Below are positions 60,729 through 64,000 of a stretch of DNA of 64,000 bases, piece by piece. Source of the DNA: Zygnema circumcarinatum SAG 698-1b (lineage: Eukaryota > Plantae > Zygnematophyceae); contig CM074809.1 in assembly GCA_037447605.1 (NCBI GenBank), positions 3,772,689 to 3,836,688 of the forward strand. Reading direction: 5' to 3'. The notes beneath the pieces are model-generated. The model searched no databases and had not been told where the DNA came from. It was given only the letters and a program-made list of their open reading frames with translations. Position numbers and translations under genes: made by a program. Position 1 is the stretch's first letter. Every line of letters begins with the position of its first letter.

Positions 60729-63700
60729 ATGGCTGTGGGGTAAGCAAGCTCGCTCACATGCTCGCGCTGCGTAGGGGGGGGCATACTCCATCCTTGCTTG
60801 CTTTCTTGGAGCTTCGTTTTTTGCGGCAGGGTCTGTCTCTCTCACTCTTTTTTTCCCTGCCGCGTCTCTTTCTCATCTCTTTTTGAATTCCTCGCTTTGT
60901 GTGTGCGGCGTCCATTGCCCTCTTTTCTCTACGGCTTTGCTGTTCATTGCTCGCTGTTTTCGCCCTACCCTGTTCGCGCTCTCCTCTCTCTCTGTGTCTC
61001 CGTCTCTCTCTCTCTGTTCTCTCGTTCTCTCTCTCTCCGCCTCTCTCTCTTTCTCTCTCTCTCGTCGTCCCTTGTCCTCGTGCCAGCGTCACCCTTTCAT
61101 CCCTCTCAAGCTCCCTCCCGCATATGGGCGTAGCTTTCTTTTCCGCCACCTATTTTTCCTTCCTCTCTTCCCTTCTCTCACCTTTGGCATCACCCACCCC
61201 CACACTACATTTAGCGTTCAGTGATCAGGAATGTTTAGATTTTTAAGCCGTTCTGCTCTCATAGTTTGCAAGTGGGGAGGGAGATAGGGGCCGAGGTTGA
61301 GAGAGAAAAAGGGAGAGAGTGGGAGAAAGAAAGAGAGAGCATCAATTTAGTGACAGCTGTCCGAACAGAAGTAGCTCGAGGAACACCGCTATCTTTGTTG
61401 CATTCGCAACCTCCCACCCATACCCTCCTTTCTATTTCACCTTTTCCTTTTTTCATAGTAGTCTATTATAGTTCAGCCGATTTGGGCCATGGTAGACTGT
61501 GGAATGTTCAGCTGAAGCTTATCGGAATGGCTGGGAATGGGCTTGCAGGAAGAACAAGCGTATCTCGAAGGGTAAGAAGGGAGGAAAGAAGAAGGCGTAA
61601 GTGAAAAGCAACCCCTCCCTCTCGCTTCCCCAGCTCGCGCAGCCTCCCTTCAGTATATGTCACATGGAACCGTTGTTTTGTTAGGCCTTCACCCGTTTTG
61701 ACAGGTTGAATCTCTCATCCGTCAAAGCAGACAGTTGCTACCTGTTAAATTTTGCTACCAGAACTGTCGTATCTTCCCTAGAAGAATAACACGTTAGTTG
61801 GCCGCTTAGTTTGAGGCAGTTCCTCCCGACCTCTCTCCACTCGCCCTTTCCCTCTCCCTTGGTCTAAGTTCACTTTACATAGGTTGGACCTTTTTGGTCC
61901 TGTTGAAGCTATGTTGAACTCGAACAAGATGATGGCAGGAGAGAGAAAAAGGAAGGTTGAGGGCCGCAAGCAGGGTGGAGGGAGGAGGAGAGAAGATGGC
62001 ATGGAAATGCAGGGGGTGTGGTGGTGGTGGAGAAACTTCATGAGGAATTGGGAAGGGGGGAAAGAAGGGGGGAGAGGGAGAAGGAGAGGAGTAGGGGAGA
62101 AAATATGGAGAAGGACAGATAGGTCAAATGTCTGGTCAGCTATTTAAGTTGACTTGAAGGTTAATACTTGAGATCATTGCGAAGATGATCATATCTAATC
62201 AAGGTTTTTCTAATATAGTTTTGATAAACCAATAGCGTCTGCTGGACCCATTTGAACATCATCACTTTTTTCGCTTTTGTAGTTTATTGGTTTCTGTTTT
62301 CCTTCTATCCCTTTCTGTATTTGCTTTTCGTTGGGTTGCTTTTGTTAGGTCAGCTGACAGGCACTTAATGCACATAGAATGGGGGTGTGGGGTATGTGTG
62401 AGGTTACAGGCAGGATCCCTTCGCAAAGAAGGACTGGTATGACATCAAGGCTCCTTCCATGTTCTCGGTGCGGAATATTGGAAAGACCCTCGTTACCAGA
62501 ACGCAGGGTACAAAGGTGCGAAGTTCTGACTCAATCATTCGTTTAGGATTTTTAGCTTTCACGCTCAAATCTATTTCTGAGTGCGTCCGCGCACTTGATG
62601 CTTCATTATATGGTATGTACATTAAGGAACAGTGAGAGGGGGAAGGAGTACGTTGGAAACTGGCATGACTCTTTTTATTCCAGGGACTAGCATGTTCTTG
62701 GCTACGTCGTGGTGTTGATTGCTTGTTAGTTGTGGGAATTATGACTTCAGGTGTAAGACCATTATCCAGCTCTTGTGGATAACTCTTATAGAAGGCCTGA
62801 TCTTGAGAGTGGGGTTGATCAATGAATGCCTGTGCAGATTGCCTCAGACGGACTGAAAGGCCGTGTGTTCGAAGTGAGTCTTGCGGATCTTCAGTTAGAT
62901 GAGGATCAGGCTTTCCGCAAGATGAAGCTGCACGCAGAGGATGTGCAGGGCCGAAACGTCCTCACAAATTTCTGGGTACGTTTATACAATCCTTGATCCT
63001 TCACATGGGACAGAAATCTGCTCGGCTTGCTTTTTGGTCATCCATCTTTTGCGGAGGCGTGTTGCGTCATAGTATTTTTCAATACATCGATGCATCGACG
63101 TGCATACAAATGCGTTCATACACTTCTGTGCTACGAACAGTTGTGGCAGATTTTTACCAGAAGCATATTCGTGCTGCCTTCATTTCATTCCCTTTTTCAA
63201 TGTCCTCTGCAGGGCATGGACTTCACGACAGACAAGCTTCGCTCGCTGGTGCGCAAATGGCAGTCTCTCATCGAAGCATCTGTGGATGTGAAGACCACTG
63301 ACAACTACACTCTGCGCCTTTTTGCTATTTCCTTCACCAAGAGACGTGTGAACCAGATTCGGAAAACTTCGTATGCGAAGACTGCGCAGATTCGTCAGGT
63401 GAATGATTAATGCTTTTCTTTTCGAGTTTGACAAAGGTGAATGGCGTTTGTAATCCAGGATTCGGGATCTGAATAGACGTCTCTGTTTAGGGACTTTTTA
63501 AATGATTCCTTGTTTCAACTCGTAGGAAACAGTTTTCGAAGACAACGAGCGAAGACGAGACTAAAGGCTTCTGACACCCTGATGCTAAATCTTACGTTCT
63601 CAATCTTCAAGCAGTTTTTTACTTGATTGAAAGACAGCATTGCGTCCAAGACATTTTTCCAAGAATGGCAAGGGAGCGGGGAAGGGGGAGGTCATGTTTC

Positions 63701-63992
63701 ACTCCGTGCACCCCTTATTCTAATCTGTGTGAATCTTTAAATGAAGAAGGTCGGAGCCATGAACTAATTTTCTACATGTATTTGTATGCAGATCCGTAAG
63801 AAAATGCGCGAAATCATGGTGAAGGAGTCGCAGGCGTGTGACCTGAAGGACCTGGTGCTCAAGTTCATCCCTGAGAGCATTGGAAAGGAGATGGAGAAGG
63901 CATGCGAAGGCATCTACCCCCTCCAGAACACGTACATCCGGAAAGTGAAGATTCTCAAGTCGCCCAAGTTTGACCTTGGGAAGCTTATGGAG
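60729..63992 (+). CDS. RPS3A: 40S ribosomal protein S3a (eS1); 3' end lies beyond the window
   Basis: MAVG|[16 protein letters not shown]|[15 protein letters not shown]...TQGTK|[18 protein letters not shown]...|[17 protein letters not shown]...|IRKKMREIM...IYPLQN...KFDLGKLME. All junctions in frame. Confidence 0.97.
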
Positions 63993-64000
63993 GTAAATCC

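Noticed and set aside
60741-63790. Intronic snoRNAs in RPS3a (and HSP70) introns
   Set aside because: No convincing C/D box pair with terminal stem and rRNA guide found by eye. A snoscan/Infernal run is needed to exclude them.

Overview
Intron-rich eukaryotic nuclear DNA of green-plant type. Plant-type U6 with USE and TATA, class II sHSP and RRP6L3 point to a streptophyte, possibly an alga; this is an inference. Complete genes: two near-identical class II small HSPs, a 10-exon NXPE/PC-esterase-like putative O-acetyltransferase (not resolved by the ORF track), a 2-exon protein made of four copies of an unrecognised ~56-aa repeat, U6 snRNA, RRP6L3, cytosolic HSP70, a hidden 68-aa LEA-like spliced gene, a histidine phosphatase (CA1P-phosphatase-like), a cyclophilin and an aldehyde oxidase. 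The 5' part of RPS3a ends the window. Also present: a non-autonomous Mutator-like element (~300-bp TIRs, 9-bp TSD), a 5'-truncated RLE-type non-LTR retrotransposon with a 10-bp TSD plus two related decayed 3' tails, a U6 pseudogene lacking the catalytic core, and orphan gene fragments (STT3A, SYLF/FYVE2-like, BAT1-like) next to long polypurine/polypyrimidine tracts. Promoters carry HSE, G-box/ABRE, GTAC (SBP-type) and AACGG clusters. No CRISPR or prokaryotic system was found. All family calls come from motif recognition by eye; no database search was run.
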